From the NCBI GenBank assembly GCA_002477545.1, contig DLQJ01000021.1, forward strand, positions 1 to 60,750: a DNA stretch of 60,750 bases, given 5' to 3'. A program made the position numbers and the translations under genes. Numbering within the stretch: the first letter of the stretch is position 1; the number at the start of each line of letters is the position of its first letter. Shown piece after piece: positions 19,699 through 30,400 of this stretch. Below the pieces are notes generated by a model. That model ran no database searches and was not told the origin of the DNA. It saw nothing but the letters and a program-made list of their open reading frames with translations. This stretch comes from Patescibacteria group bacterium UBA7435. Lineage in GTDB: Bacteria > Patescibacteriota > Minisyncoccia > Phycocordibacterales > UBA918.

Positions 19699-19834
19699 CT
19701 CAAACTCCTCTTGGTTTTTCAATCTCTGTGAACAATACAAGAAAAAAAGAAAAAGTACAGAATCTCTCGACAGATGTAGCTCTAGATGTTGTAAGTGGCA
19801 GTAAAAATCTTGGAGATGATACACTATTCAATAC

Positions 19835-20257
19835 ATGCAATTGCAAGTCCAAAAACTTCACCCTGAGGCGAAAATGCCAGCGTTTGCGCATGATACTGAT
19901 GCGGGGTTGGATTTGTGTACGGTTGTTGCCGTTACTGTTGAGCCGGGAGAACGGATGCAGATCCCAACAGGGTTGGCTTTGGCTATACCTGATGGGTATG
20001 TGGGTTTGATTTGGGATAAAAGTGGAGTTTCTCAAAAGGGAGGACTTAAAAGCTTTGGTGGGGTGATTGATGCTGGGTACCGAGGAGAGCTGTTTGTAGG
20101 TCTGCTAAACACGAGCGACACAGCACACACTTTTGCAATCGGTGCTAAAATAGCACAAATACTTATTCAAAAAGTTGAGCACCCAGAACTTGTTGAGGTA
20201 TCATCACTTGATGCGACACCACGAGGTGATGGGGCATTTGGCAGCACGGGAATATAA
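19835..20257 (+). CDS. dut: dUTP diphosphatase
   Basis: AGLDL, KSG, GVIDAGYRGE, IAQ, RGDGAFGSTG. Confidence 0.96.
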   Translation: MQLQVQKLHPEAKMPAFAHDTDAGLDLCTVVAVTVEPGERMQIPTGLALAIPDGYVGLIWDKSGVSQKGGLKSFGGVIDAGYRGELFVGLLNTSDTAHTFAIGAKIAQILIQKVEHPELVEVSSLDATPRGDGAFGSTGI

Positions 20258-20264
20258 GATACAT

Positions 20265-20939
20265 ATGCATCAAAAAGCACAAATCATCGTTATCGACGGA
20301 GGAGACAATGTGGGCAAGGCAACACAGGCTGATTTATTGATGCGTCGTTTGGCCAGCGAAGGAATATCAGTAGGGAAGTTTGATTTTCCTCGGTATACGC
20401 AGAATACGTTCGGACACCTACTGCAGGATTGTCTTGCAGGGGAGCATGGTGATTTTATGGCACTTGATCCTAAGATTACTGCCACACTATATGCAGCTGA
20501 TCGGTACGAATCTAAGAAGGAACTCATGCAATGGATCGAGGAGGGGCGTTTGATCATTTGTGATCGATACGTGAGCGCAAATATGCTACATCAAGGAGCG
20601 AAGATTGAAGATGCTGATAAACGCGAAGAATTTTTAAAATGGTTGGACCATGTTGAGCATGAAATTTTCGGTATGCCACGAGCAGATCTTACTATCTACT
20701 TAAATGTCCCTCCAGAAAAAAGTGAGAAGCTACTTGAGTACGTGGTGGGCATTGGTGCAAAGACTGCAGATGTTGCTGAGTCAGACCTTGGCCACCAAGA
20801 GAAAGTTTCTGCGTGTGCACAATATTTGTCTACTTCACGAGATCAGTGGACCACGGTTGAATGCATGGAAGGAGAGCAGTTACGAGACCGTGAAGATATT
20901 CATGAGGAAGTGTATGAAGTAGTGCGTAAGCATATATAA
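20265..20939 (+). CDS. tmk: Thymidylate kinase
   Basis: IDGGDNVGKATQ P-loop, FPRY, LYAADR, DRYV.AN. Confidence 0.9.
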   Translation: MHQKAQIIVIDGGDNVGKATQADLLMRRLASEGISVGKFDFPRYTQNTFGHLLQDCLAGEHGDFMALDPKITATLYAADRYESKKELMQWIEEGRLIICDRYVSANMLHQGAKIEDADKREEFLKWLDHVEHEIFGMPRADLTIYLNVPPEKSEKLLEYVVGIGAKTADVAESDLGHQEKVSACAQYLSTSRDQWTTVECMEGEQLRDREDIHEEVYEVVRKHI

Positions 20940-21030
20940 GTATGTTATATCCATCTGATTACACAAAACGACAGTTTGATGATACGCCTGTTTTTGTTGG
21001 GTAAGGTTATTATGTAATTTATTTTCTACT

Positions 21031-22299
21031 ATGAACGAATACACACACATTAAGGAGCAAGATACTGATGTCTACGAAGCACTCATGGGTGAAGAAGCAC
21101 GAGAAATTAATGGTATCGAAATGATCCCAAGTGAAAACTATGTATCGCGTGCGGTGCGCGAGGCAAATGGTTCAGTGCTTACAAACAAGTACGCGGAAGG
21201 GTATCCAGGGAAGCGATATTACGGAGGACAAGACTATACAGATGCTGTTGAACGTCTGGCCATCACACGAGCATGCAAGCTCTTTGGTTGCAAGTATGCA
21301 AACGTACAACCACTTGGAGGTGCTGCAGCGAATGTGGCCATGTACTTTGCACTTATGGAACCGGGAGATACGGTACTTGGAATGGATCTTTCTCACGGAG
21401 GACATTTAACGCACGGTCACCCAACAACGAGTATCAACAAGGTGTTCAACTTCGTGCGATACAAAATGAAGGACGTTGATACAGGTGAAATTGATTATGA
21501 TGCATTGCGTGAAGTGGCACTAGAGCATAAGCCAAAGATTATCCTTGCTGGATTTTCTGCATACTCACGGGAACTTGATTACCAAAAATTTGTAGATATC
21601 GCACGAGAGGTTGGGGCCTACGCAGTTGCTGACATGGCACACATCGCGGGCCTTATCGCAGGTGGCGTGGTGAAAAATCCATTTGATTTCGGATTTGATG
21701 TGATTACTTCAACAACGCATAAGACGCTACGAGGTCCACGAGGAGGATTAATTCTTACGCGAGAAGACGCAGAAATTGCGAAGAAAATTAATAAAGCAGT
21801 ATTCCCTGGTATTCAGGGCGGTCCACATATGAATGTTATCGCGGGGAAGGCAGTTGCATTTGGAGAGGCACTGAAACCATCATTTAAGGAATACGGAACG
21901 CAGGTTTTGAAAAATGCGAAAGCAATGGAAAAAGTATTTCTTGATAACAAAGTCCGACTAATGGGAGGAGGAACTGATAACCATCTGCTACTAGCTGATG
22001 TGTTTGGTTCATTGGGTGTTACAGGACAAGATGCTGAAGTAGTACTTGATGAGATTGGTATTACACTGAATAAGAATATGATTGCTGATGAGTCACGAAC
22101 GGCAATGGATCCTTCAGGAATTCGATTTGGTACTCCAGCAATGACCACGCGAGGCATGAAAGAGATCGAAGCAGCACGACTGGCTGAGATTATGATTGAG
22201 GTCTTGAAAGACAAAGACAATCAGCAATTGAAAGATGCACTGAAGACTGAGGTGGAGGCGATGTGTACGGCACATCCAGTACCAGACTCTTTTGTGTAA
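21031..22299 (+). CDS. glyA: Serine hydroxymethyltransferase
   Basis: PSENY, NKYAEGYPGKRYY, GGHLTHG, STTHKTLRGPRGG. Confidence 0.97.
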   Translation: MNEYTHIKEQDTDVYEALMGEEAREINGIEMIPSENYVSRAVREANGSVLTNKYAEGYPGKRYYGGQDYTDAVERLAITRACKLFGCKYANVQPLGGAAANVAMYFALMEPGDTVLGMDLSHGGHLTHGHPTTSINKVFNFVRYKMKDVDTGEIDYDALREVALEHKPKIILAGFSAYSRELDYQKFVDIAREVGAYAVADMAHIAGLIAGGVVKNPFDFGFDVITSTTHKTLRGPRGGLILTREDAEIAKKINKAVFPGIQGGPHMNVIAGKAVAFGEALKPSFKEYGTQVLKNAKAMEKVFLDNKVRLMGGGTDNHLLLADVFGSLGVTGQDAEVVLDEIGITLNKNMIADESRTAMDPSGIRFGTPAMTTRGMKEIEAARLAEIMIEVLKDKDNQQLKDALKTEVEAMCTAHPVPDSFV

Positions 22300-22413
22300 A
22301 TAATGCACGCTGAACAGAACAAGGGTCGCGCAAAGCGCGACCCTTGTTCTGTTCAGCTAAATACTGTACTGTGCAATCAGAGAAGTTTTTCACAATTATG
22401 AAAGGAAATAGAG

Positions 22414-23259
22414 ATGCCTGCAACTAATCATGCTGTTCACACAGCAAAAGAATTGTGTACTCAAGGATATGGGTACGCACCAATTAATCCGCATATTGTT
22501 TCGCGGGCATCACGTGCCTTTAGACATTTTACGGAACGTAGAGACTTTCTTAAGGATTGGAATGACTGGGGTCTGTGCCGTAAGGGAGAAGATCCGGAGG
22601 AATTAGACAGAGGATTGTCACAGCGTAAAGGTGACGGAACATCTGCTGACAACAAATTTGTTACCCACTATGATCCTTTGTTGTCATCAGATTTTGTTAA
22701 GACAGGGAAAATTCTAACATCCACAGAGTATGAATTTTTTGATGCTATGCAAATTTTGTATGACGTACTTACGGCAAATGTTACTGACATTCTGATTGAG
22801 TGTGACAAAATATTGAAAACCGATATGGCTTCGTTATACCAGTTGACAATTAACGAAAATCAGATTCCTTACGCAACAACTGCTCTTAGATGCTTAGGAT
22901 ATCCTCCAGTTGAAAATCAAAAAGGTGCTACTGGACACGACGACAGAGGCTGCTTAGCAACGCATCTTGGCGATGAGGGAGGGTGGCTCTTGGGAGCACT
23001 ACAGAACAGTCCTGGTAAGATGGTAAAAATTTCTCCTAAACAAGGGCAGGTGTTGTTATTTTGGGGGGTGAAAATTCTCTGGGCAAGCCAGGGGAGACTA
23101 AATCCCTTATGGCACAGTTCACGAACTAAGCCTGAGGAATATCGTTCTGCCATGGTGGGATTTCATCATATACCTATTGAAGGATATGAAGTGCGTAATG
23201 CAAAAGTGGCTAAGGCTCATTACTGGGCTGAAGTACATCAAAAGTACACCGCAGCATAA
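22414..23259 (+). CDS. 2OG-Fe(II) oxygenase superfamily protein (IPNS-like)
   Basis: LR...YP, H-D-D (HxD), distal H in LWHS, R.A in YRSA. Confidence 0.65.
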   Translation: MPATNHAVHTAKELCTQGYGYAPINPHIVSRASRAFRHFTERRDFLKDWNDWGLCRKGEDPEELDRGLSQRKGDGTSADNKFVTHYDPLLSSDFVKTGKILTSTEYEFFDAMQILYDVLTANVTDILIECDKILKTDMASLYQLTINENQIPYATTALRCLGYPPVENQKGATGHDDRGCLATHLGDEGGWLLGALQNSPGKMVKISPKQGQVLLFWGVKILWASQGRLNPLWHSSRTKPEEYRSAMVGFHHIPIEGYEVRNAKVAKAHYWAEVHQKYTAA

Positions 23260-23464
23260 TTTTAAACATCTAAAGGGCCGAGCAATGCTCGGCCCTTGTT
23301 TCTTTTTAAGTAATATGTATAATACCCAGTGAAAGTTTGATATTCTATCAAACTATCTATCACTGCTCAATAGGTTTCTTGCCTTTATGAAACCTACCTC
23401 AATACTTGACGCCCTCCTAGTGAGGGCGTTTTTTTCTTTTTATAACTCCTGTACAATGGACATA

Positions 23465-24580
23465 ATGGAAGCACATGAAGAAGAAACGGTAGTGGCTCCA
23501 AAACCACAACGGCGATCTATCGCTCGGATTAAGCGTCACTGGATGTCGTTAGCTTTTTTCTTTGGTTTTCTTTTGGACAACATTACGCTCAACCGTGTTG
23601 ATCAAGTTTTCGACAACCTTGTCCTTGCGTTTTATGTGGTGCTAGCCATGGGGTCGTTACTTCTGATGTACGGGAGTGCTGCACAAAAGATTGGTGGGGC
23701 GGTAGGTCAGTATGCGCAAAAATACGCACCACTGTTGGTGCAGTTTTCTTTCGGAGGACTGCTCTCAGGGATGCTTATTTTTTATGGACGCAGTGGTGCA
23801 TGGACTGAAAGTTGGCCATTTCTCATTATTATCCTCTTGGCAATTTATGGAAATGAAACTATCCGCGATCGTTCATCACGTTTAATTTATAACATCAGTA
23901 TTTTATTTGTTGGTCTTTTCTCCTACGTCGTTTTGGTAATTCCAGTGTTTACTGGCTGGATGGGACCGTGGGTGTTTGTGGGTAGTGGATTGATTGCACT
24001 GTTTATTATGTATTGGTTTATACAGGTCTTGCACAAAGTGGTGCCACGTTTTCTCACCATGCACATGAAGTCAGTGATTTTCACCCTCGGTGCAATTTTT
24101 GCAACTTTCAACTTTTTATATTTTGCAAATATTATCCCGCCAATTCCATTGTCGCTTAAAGATGTTGGTATTTACCATAGTGTAGTTCGTTTTGAGAATG
24201 GTAGCTATCAGTTAAAGTATGAAGAAGGGAAGTGGTATCAGCCGTTTAAGGACTCTGATAATACGTACCATCCGGTACCAGGGGACAATATCTTTTGTTT
24301 TGCACAGGTGTTTGCACCAACAAAGTTACAGACAGACATTTATCACAACTGGGAATACTACAATCCAACAACAAAAGAATGGGTAGAGCATACTCGACTT
24401 TCATACAGTATTGCAGGAGGACGTAATGATGGCTTCCGTGGATATACCTTTATCCAAAATTTTACAGATGGAAAATGGAGATGTTCAGTAGAGACTGGAC
24501 GTGGACAGGTACTCGGACGTGAAGTATTTAAGATTGATTCACAAGGAGTATCAGCACCACTGGTGACTTTCATAGAATAG
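23465..24580 (+). CDS. DUF2914-domain multi-pass membrane protein
   Basis: About 8 TM helices; IPPIPLSL; C-terminal FAP..L...IYH.W, GGR..GFRGY, G.WRCSVET. Confidence 0.8.
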   Translation: MEAHEEETVVAPKPQRRSIARIKRHWMSLAFFFGFLLDNITLNRVDQVFDNLVLAFYVVLAMGSLLLMYGSAAQKIGGAVGQYAQKYAPLLVQFSFGGLLSGMLIFYGRSGAWTESWPFLIIILLAIYGNETIRDRSSRLIYNISILFVGLFSYVVLVIPVFTGWMGPWVFVGSGLIALFIMYWFIQVLHKVVPRFLTMHMKSVIFTLGAIFATFNFLYFANIIPPIPLSLKDVGIYHSVVRFENGSYQLKYEEGKWYQPFKDSDNTYHPVPGDNIFCFAQVFAPTKLQTDIYHNWEYYNPTTKEWVEHTRLSYSIAGGRNDGFRGYTFIQNFTDGKWRCSVETGRGQVLGREVFKIDSQGVSAPLVTFIE

Positions 24581-24608
24581 TTGACCCAAAAAATAAAAGT
24601 GGTAATAT
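24581..24608 (+). promoter_or_regulatory. Sigma70-like promoter
   Basis: TTGACC-N16-TAATAT. Confidence 0.5.
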
Positions 24609-24655
24609 ATTTCGCACTGACATGAGTCAGCGGACAGTACAAAAAAGGATTGCAA

Positions 24656-24844
24656 ATGCAACAGAGTGAAGACACAAGACAGATTCCACGAGGGGTGGCA
24701 AAAGTAATGACAGCTGGTATGGCAAAGCCAGGTGAACGGGCTTGGCGGCCACGCAGAACAGAAGGGAGTTTTACTCCCTGTTCAGATCGTACCGGTGCTT
24801 TTACTACAGAAACTCGCAAAAAGCGGGTACTTACAAAGCCATAA
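24656..24844 (+). CDS. Small hypothetical protein (or ncRNA) in a stand-alone transcription unit
   Basis: 62-aa ORF with AAGGA upstream, its own promoter and a terminator at ~24885-24913. Confidence 0.4.
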   Translation: MQQSEDTRQIPRGVAKVMTAGMAKPGERAWRPRRTEGSFTPCSDRTGAFTTETRKKRVLTKP

Positions 24845-24939
24845 TGAGGAAAGAGCAGGGAGGTGCAACATGCACCCCCTGTGACACGCACGCTCCATAA
24901 GCGGGCGTTTTTTGTTGTCTTTTGCTATAGTATGCACAC

Positions 24940-26631
24940 ATGCAACAGGTACTAAAACAGACAATTGCCGATATTCTCAATGAGCGCTCTCTCGAGGGGG
25001 TAGATTTTACTATTGAACACCCAAGTGATCTTTCACACGGGGATTATTCATGTAACGTCGCAATGGTACTTGCTAAAAAACTCGGAACAAATCCGCGAAC
25101 ACTCGCCGACGAACTTACACAATCAATTGAAGCAAAGAATGTCGCTCACGTTGCAAAGGTGGAGGTGGCTGGTCCTGGGTTTATTAACTTCCATCTTACC
25201 CGAGATTTTTTTAGTAATGCTCTTACGCGCATTACTGATGCGGGAGATGATTGGGGAAAAAGTTCTGCCTATGGAGGGAAGAAGGTATTTGTTGAGTACA
25301 CTGATCCGAATCCTTTTAAGGAATTTCATATTGGACATCTCTTCACGAACTCGGTTGGGGAATCAATTGCACGACTGTTTATGTTTGCTGGAGCTGATAC
25401 AAAACGATTATGCTATCAAGGGGATGTGGGAATGCATGTGGCCAATTCTATTTGGGGAATGCAAAAACTTGGCATGGAAGCTGATAGTACTTTTACCGCA
25501 CGAGACTTAGGGAAAGCATACGCGACAGGTGCAACTGCGTACAAAGAGAATGAAACTGCACAAGAAGAAATTAAAGTTTTGAATAAAAAAATATACGAGC
25601 GTACTGATGATGCAGTTAATGCATTGTATGACGCCGGTAGAGAAGTGTCGCTTACATACTTTGACACTATCTATGCAATGGTAGGAACTGAATTTGATGC
25701 AAAATTTTTTGAAAGTGAAGCAGGTCCTAAAGGGAAGGAGTTAGTGCTTGCTAACCCTGAAGTGTTTACTGCAAGTAACGGCGCGCGTATCTTTGATGGT
25801 GAGGCACACGGTCTACATACGCGTGTTTTTGTAAACTCCGAAGGTCTTCCAACGTATGAAGCAAAAGAACTCGCATTGGCAAAAATGAAGGAGGAAGAAC
25901 TTGGTTCATACGATCTTTCAATTATTTCAACCGCAAATGAAATTACAGAGTATTTTAAGGTTTTGAAAAAAGCGATGAGTTTTGTGTATCCAGAATTAGA
26001 AAAGAAAACAGAACACATTGGTCACGGAACGGTACGACTTACTTCAGGAAAGATGTCATCAAGAACAGGGGACGTAGTATCTGCGGTTGATTTTATTGAC
26101 GATATTGCACAGGCAGCAAAAGAACGTATGCAAGAATCTTCACCAGAACTTGCAGAGAATGTGGCACTTACGCAACACATTGCACTGGGGGCCATTAAAT
26201 ATGCAACGCTTAAGGGGAACATACTGCAGGATACTGTATTTGATAAAGAACAAGCACTTTCATTTGAAGGAGCATCAGGACCGTATCTACAGTACACACA
26301 CGCACGTATCCATTCGGTACTGGCTAAGGCTATGGGTGCAGGGATTGCACCAAATACACAGGCAGCGCCTGAAACTGCTTACGAAATTGAAAAAATTCTC
26401 TACCGGTTCTCTGAAGTGACGGAAGAAGCAGTGCTACACCGTGCGCCACACAAAATTACTACGTATCTTACTGAAGTAGCTTCAGCATTTAATACATTCT
26501 ACGCACATGAAAAAATTGCTGATGCTTCTGACGAGTATGCACCATATAAAGCTGCACTTGCAGGAGCTGTCGCACAGACGTTGAAGAATGGACTTTGGTT
26601 ACTTGCCATTGAAGCACCTAACTCCATGTAG
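24940..26631 (+). CDS. argS: Arginine--tRNA ligase
   Basis: HGDYS.N.A, AGPGFINF, NPFKEFHIGH, KMSSRTG, GPYLQYTHARI. Confidence 0.97.
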   Translation: MQQVLKQTIADILNERSLEGVDFTIEHPSDLSHGDYSCNVAMVLAKKLGTNPRTLADELTQSIEAKNVAHVAKVEVAGPGFINFHLTRDFFSNALTRITDAGDDWGKSSAYGGKKVFVEYTDPNPFKEFHIGHLFTNSVGESIARLFMFAGADTKRLCYQGDVGMHVANSIWGMQKLGMEADSTFTARDLGKAYATGATAYKENETAQEEIKVLNKKIYERTDDAVNALYDAGREVSLTYFDTIYAMVGTEFDAKFFESEAGPKGKELVLANPEVFTASNGARIFDGEAHGLHTRVFVNSEGLPTYEAKELALAKMKEEELGSYDLSIISTANEITEYFKVLKKAMSFVYPELEKKTEHIGHGTVRLTSGKMSSRTGDVVSAVDFIDDIAQAAKERMQESSPELAENVALTQHIALGAIKYATLKGNILQDTVFDKEQALSFEGASGPYLQYTHARIHSVLAKAMGAGIAPNTQAAPETAYEIEKILYRFSEVTEEAVLHRAPHKITTYLTEVASAFNTFYAHEKIADASDEYAPYKAALAGAVAQTLKNGLWLLAIEAPNSM

Positions 26632-26689
26632 TTGACATATTTATTAAATATGACAATATATTTGTAGGGGCCTTCACTAGGAGAATCGA

Positions 26690-26857
26690 ATGGACGAGAT
26701 TAGTTTTACTGAAAAATATATTATTGTGTGCCGTGGACTTATGCAGTATATGCGGAGAAAAAAATCTAGAGAAGATTTGCTTCTATATAAAAGCATGCTG
26801 GGCGACGTGCTGAGAACAGAACCACATCTTCAAACAGTTCCACTACGACAATTGTAA
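26690..26857 (+). CDS. Small hypothetical protein (55 aa; not in the ORF track)
   Basis: TTGACA promoter at 26631, AGGAG SD, MDEISFTEKY...PLRQL*, terminator directly after the stop. Confidence 0.55.
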   Translation: MDEISFTEKYIIVCRGLMQYMRRKKSREDLLLYKSMLGDVLRTEPHLQTVPLRQL

Positions 26858-26961
26858 AAAAAGGGGCGGGAAAATTTCCGCCCCTTTTACTTTGTTTGCT
26901 AAAAATGATAAATACGTGTATTTTCAATACAGGAGTCACGGAAATACGGGAAGGGAATTAA

Positions 26962-27171
26962 ATGACAACCTTGTTGTTAATTAAAGAAGCACTTTGCATG
27001 ATCGACTTTGGCATGTGGATGGCACTGCAAGATCTTGAATATCAGATAGCTCTTGCAGAGCAGGGTGATATGGACCCTCCTGGACCAAAGGGGGGAATGG
27101 GATTAGCAATTTTAAAACGGCGCTTTAAAGCGCCGTTTCTTTGTGTCTGTGTACATACTCAAGATAGCTGA
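26962..27171 (+). CDS. Small hypothetical protein
   Basis: AAGGGA SD upstream; 69 aa. Confidence 0.35.
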   Translation: MTTLLLIKEALCMIDFGMWMALQDLEYQIALAEQGDMDPPGPKGGMGLAILKRRFKAPFLCVCVHTQDS

Positions 27172-27209
27172 CCCTAGGGGTGTATAGTGGATATGAAGGA
27201 GTATCCACT

Positions 27210-27374
27210 ATGGGTTACATAGGAAATACATTGTTCTGGACGTATACAGCGTTTCGAATGTACAGGATCTGTCTGGAGAAGGAACTTGTGACAACTTTTG
27301 GCCCACACGGCCGGAAAAATATCAGAGTAAACAGAAAGTGGAAAAGACGTCCACAGCAAAAACTAGTTGGTTAG
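27210..27374 (+). CDS. Small hypothetical protein
   Basis: AAGGAG SD before ATG 27210; 54 aa, basic C-terminus. Confidence 0.4.
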   Translation: MGYIGNTLFWTYTAFRMYRICLEKELVTTFGPHGRKNIRVNRKWKRRPQQKLVG

Positions 27375-27497
27375 ATCGATTGCATTCGCAGTCGATCTTT
27401 TCATATAAAAAATGCATGGTACTATGCATGTGCACGTCTGATACGCGTGTGTGAGGAGATCCTCGCATTATTATGTCTGATATACATATCATAAACT

Positions 27498-30400
27498 ATG
27501 AATACAAAAACACAGGAGAACCACACTCCAGAAAAAAGTGACGTTGCGTTGCGTGAAGAAGCTGTATTGCAGTTTTGGAACGAACACGACATTTTTAATA
27601 AAACGCTACAGAAGGATGCACCAAACGGTGACTTCGTATTTTACGATGGCCCTCCGTTTGCTACAGGACTGCCACACTATGGGCACATCTTAGCGGGAAC
27701 GATCAAGGATGCTATTCCTCGATTTTGGACGATGAACGGTTACCGTGTGCCACGTAAGTGGGGATGGGATTGTCATGGTCTCCCTTTGGAGAATTTGATT
27801 GAGAAAAAGTTAGGTCTTGCTACTAAACGAGATATTGAAGAACTTGGTATCCAGGTTTTCAACGAAGCTGCTCGTGACACGGTGATGGAATACGCTGATG
27901 ATTGGGCGAAGGTTGTGCCACGTATGGGGCGGTGGGCAGATATGGAGGACGACTATAAAACAATGGATCCTACATACACCGAAAGTGTGTGGTGGGTATT
28001 TTCGCAGTTACATAAGAAGGGGTTGGTATACGAAGGCTTTAAGTCTATGCACCTATGTCCACGATGTGGGACGACACTTTCAAACTTTGAGGTTAATCAA
28101 GGATACAAAGACATTAAAGATATCGCTATTACCGTAAAGCTCCCACTGCTTGATGATGCGGGAGTGGTTACCGATGCGTCACTTTTGGTTTGGACTACAA
28201 CACCATGGACAATGCCGGGGAACATGGCTGCTGCGGTGCATAACGAACACGATTATGTAAAGGTGAAAGTGGCTACAGAAGAAGGTTCTGAATTTTTGAT
28301 CTTAGCAAAGGCACGACTATCACAGCTTGGAGAAGTAGAGTATGAGGTAGTTGAAGAATTTAAAGGAACAGAACTTGTGGGGAAACGATACGAACCACCA
28401 TTTGCATTCCATTCCAGCCAAGAATTTGAAAGCAAGGAAAACGCATGGCAGATTCTTCATGCTGACTATGTAGAGCTCGGTGAAGAGGGAACGGGTGCGG
28501 TGCACTTGGCTCCAGCGTACGGAGACGATGACATGAAGTTGGCTCAAGAACACAATGTGCCAATCGTGCACCACGTTGATGAGGTGGGGCATTTTATGGA
28601 TTTTGTCACTGACTTCAAAGGACAGTTAGTAAAACCTAAAGATGATGATTCTGCCGGAGTGACACATCTTGATGCTGATATTGAAATTGTAAAAGCATTA
28701 CAGGCAAATGGGAAACTCTTCAAGAAAGAAAACATTACCCACAGTTATCCGCATTGCTGGCGGTGTGATACTCCGTTGTTGAATTACGCTACTACTTCAT
28801 GGTTTGTTGAAGTTACAAAAATTAAAGATCAGTTAGTAGAAGAAAACAATAAAATCAAATGGGTGCCTGAGCATGTTGGACGTGCACGATTTGGTAAGTG
28901 GCTTGAAGGAGCGCGCGACTGGGCAGTGTCTCGACAGCGTTACTGGGGGGCACCGTTACCGATCTGGAGAAATCCTGAAACTACAGATTTTGTTGTTATG
29001 GGGAGTCTTGCTGATCTCCAGCAATACGTACCGAAGTCTGGAAATACATACTTCGCAATGCGCCACGGGCAGTCACAAAGTAATGCTGACAATGTGGTGC
29101 AGACAAATATTGAAACAGCTAACCCACTTACGGAGCTTGGGCAACAGCAGGTGCATGATGCGCTCGCCGAACTTAAGAGTAAAGGAATTGATAGGATTAT
29201 TTGTTCACCGTTTGAACGAACTGGTGCCACGGCAACACTTATTAGAAATGAGTTAGGACTTAGTGAGGAGCAGATGACCTATGATGAACGTCTGGGGGAA
29301 ATTCAACTGGGTGACCTAGAGGGAAAATCAAATACTGAGTATGCTGATTTTGTACAGACACATGCGCAGTGGTGTGATTGTGCACCTGAAGGCGGAGAAA
29401 CGTGGGGTGATGTGCGTAATCGTATGGGCGCATTCTTATATGAGGCTGAAAAGACGTATCAGAATGAAACTATCCTGATCGTGTCGCATAATTCACCATT
29501 ACGGATGCTTGGAGCAGTGGTGCAAGGAGCACAACTTGAAGAGACTGACTTTGATCATGATGCTGACGGAATGCGATACAACAACGCAGAGGTGCGTGAG
29601 CTTTCATTTACACCAATGCCACACAACGATAAATACGAATTAGATTTCCATCGGCCGTATATTGATGACATTGATTTGTTTGACGGTGAAACAAAACTTG
29701 AGCGTGTTCCTGATGTGTTTGACTGTTGGTTTGAATCGGGCTCAATGCCATACGGACAAAAACACTTCTTAGGTGAAGCAAAAGATGACTTTGACCCTGA
29801 AAATGGAAAGGGATTTCCCGCACGATTCATTGCAGAAGGCCTTGATCAAACACGTGGCTGGTTCTACTCATTGATCGTATTAGGTACAGCTATCTTTGGA
29901 AAGTCGCCATATCAGAATGTGATTGTGAATGGATTGGTGCTTGCCGAAGATGGAAAGAAGCAAAGTAAATCATTACGAAACTACCCAGACCCGATGGAGC
30001 TTGCTGATCGTACAGGAATTGATGCAATGCGATTCTACCTACTTTCATCTTCTATTGTGAAGGGTGAGGACTTAAACTTCTCGGAAAAGGAGGTTGCTGA
30101 AATTCAGCGGAAGAATATTGGACGACTTAATAACGTGTTGAGCATGTATGGCATGTTTGATGATGGAAAAATAGAATCAAAAAGTGATTCAAATCATATT
30201 CTTGATCGATGGATTATTGCGCGACTACACCAGACTACGACTGATATTACAGACGGGTACAAAGGATACGAGCTTGATAAAGCGACACGACCGGTAACAG
30301 AATTTATTGACGATCTATCCGTGTGGTACCTACGCCGGTCCCGAGACAGACTTAAGGGAGTGAGAAAGTCCGGTGGACTTTCGCAAGGGGTTGCCAGTAA

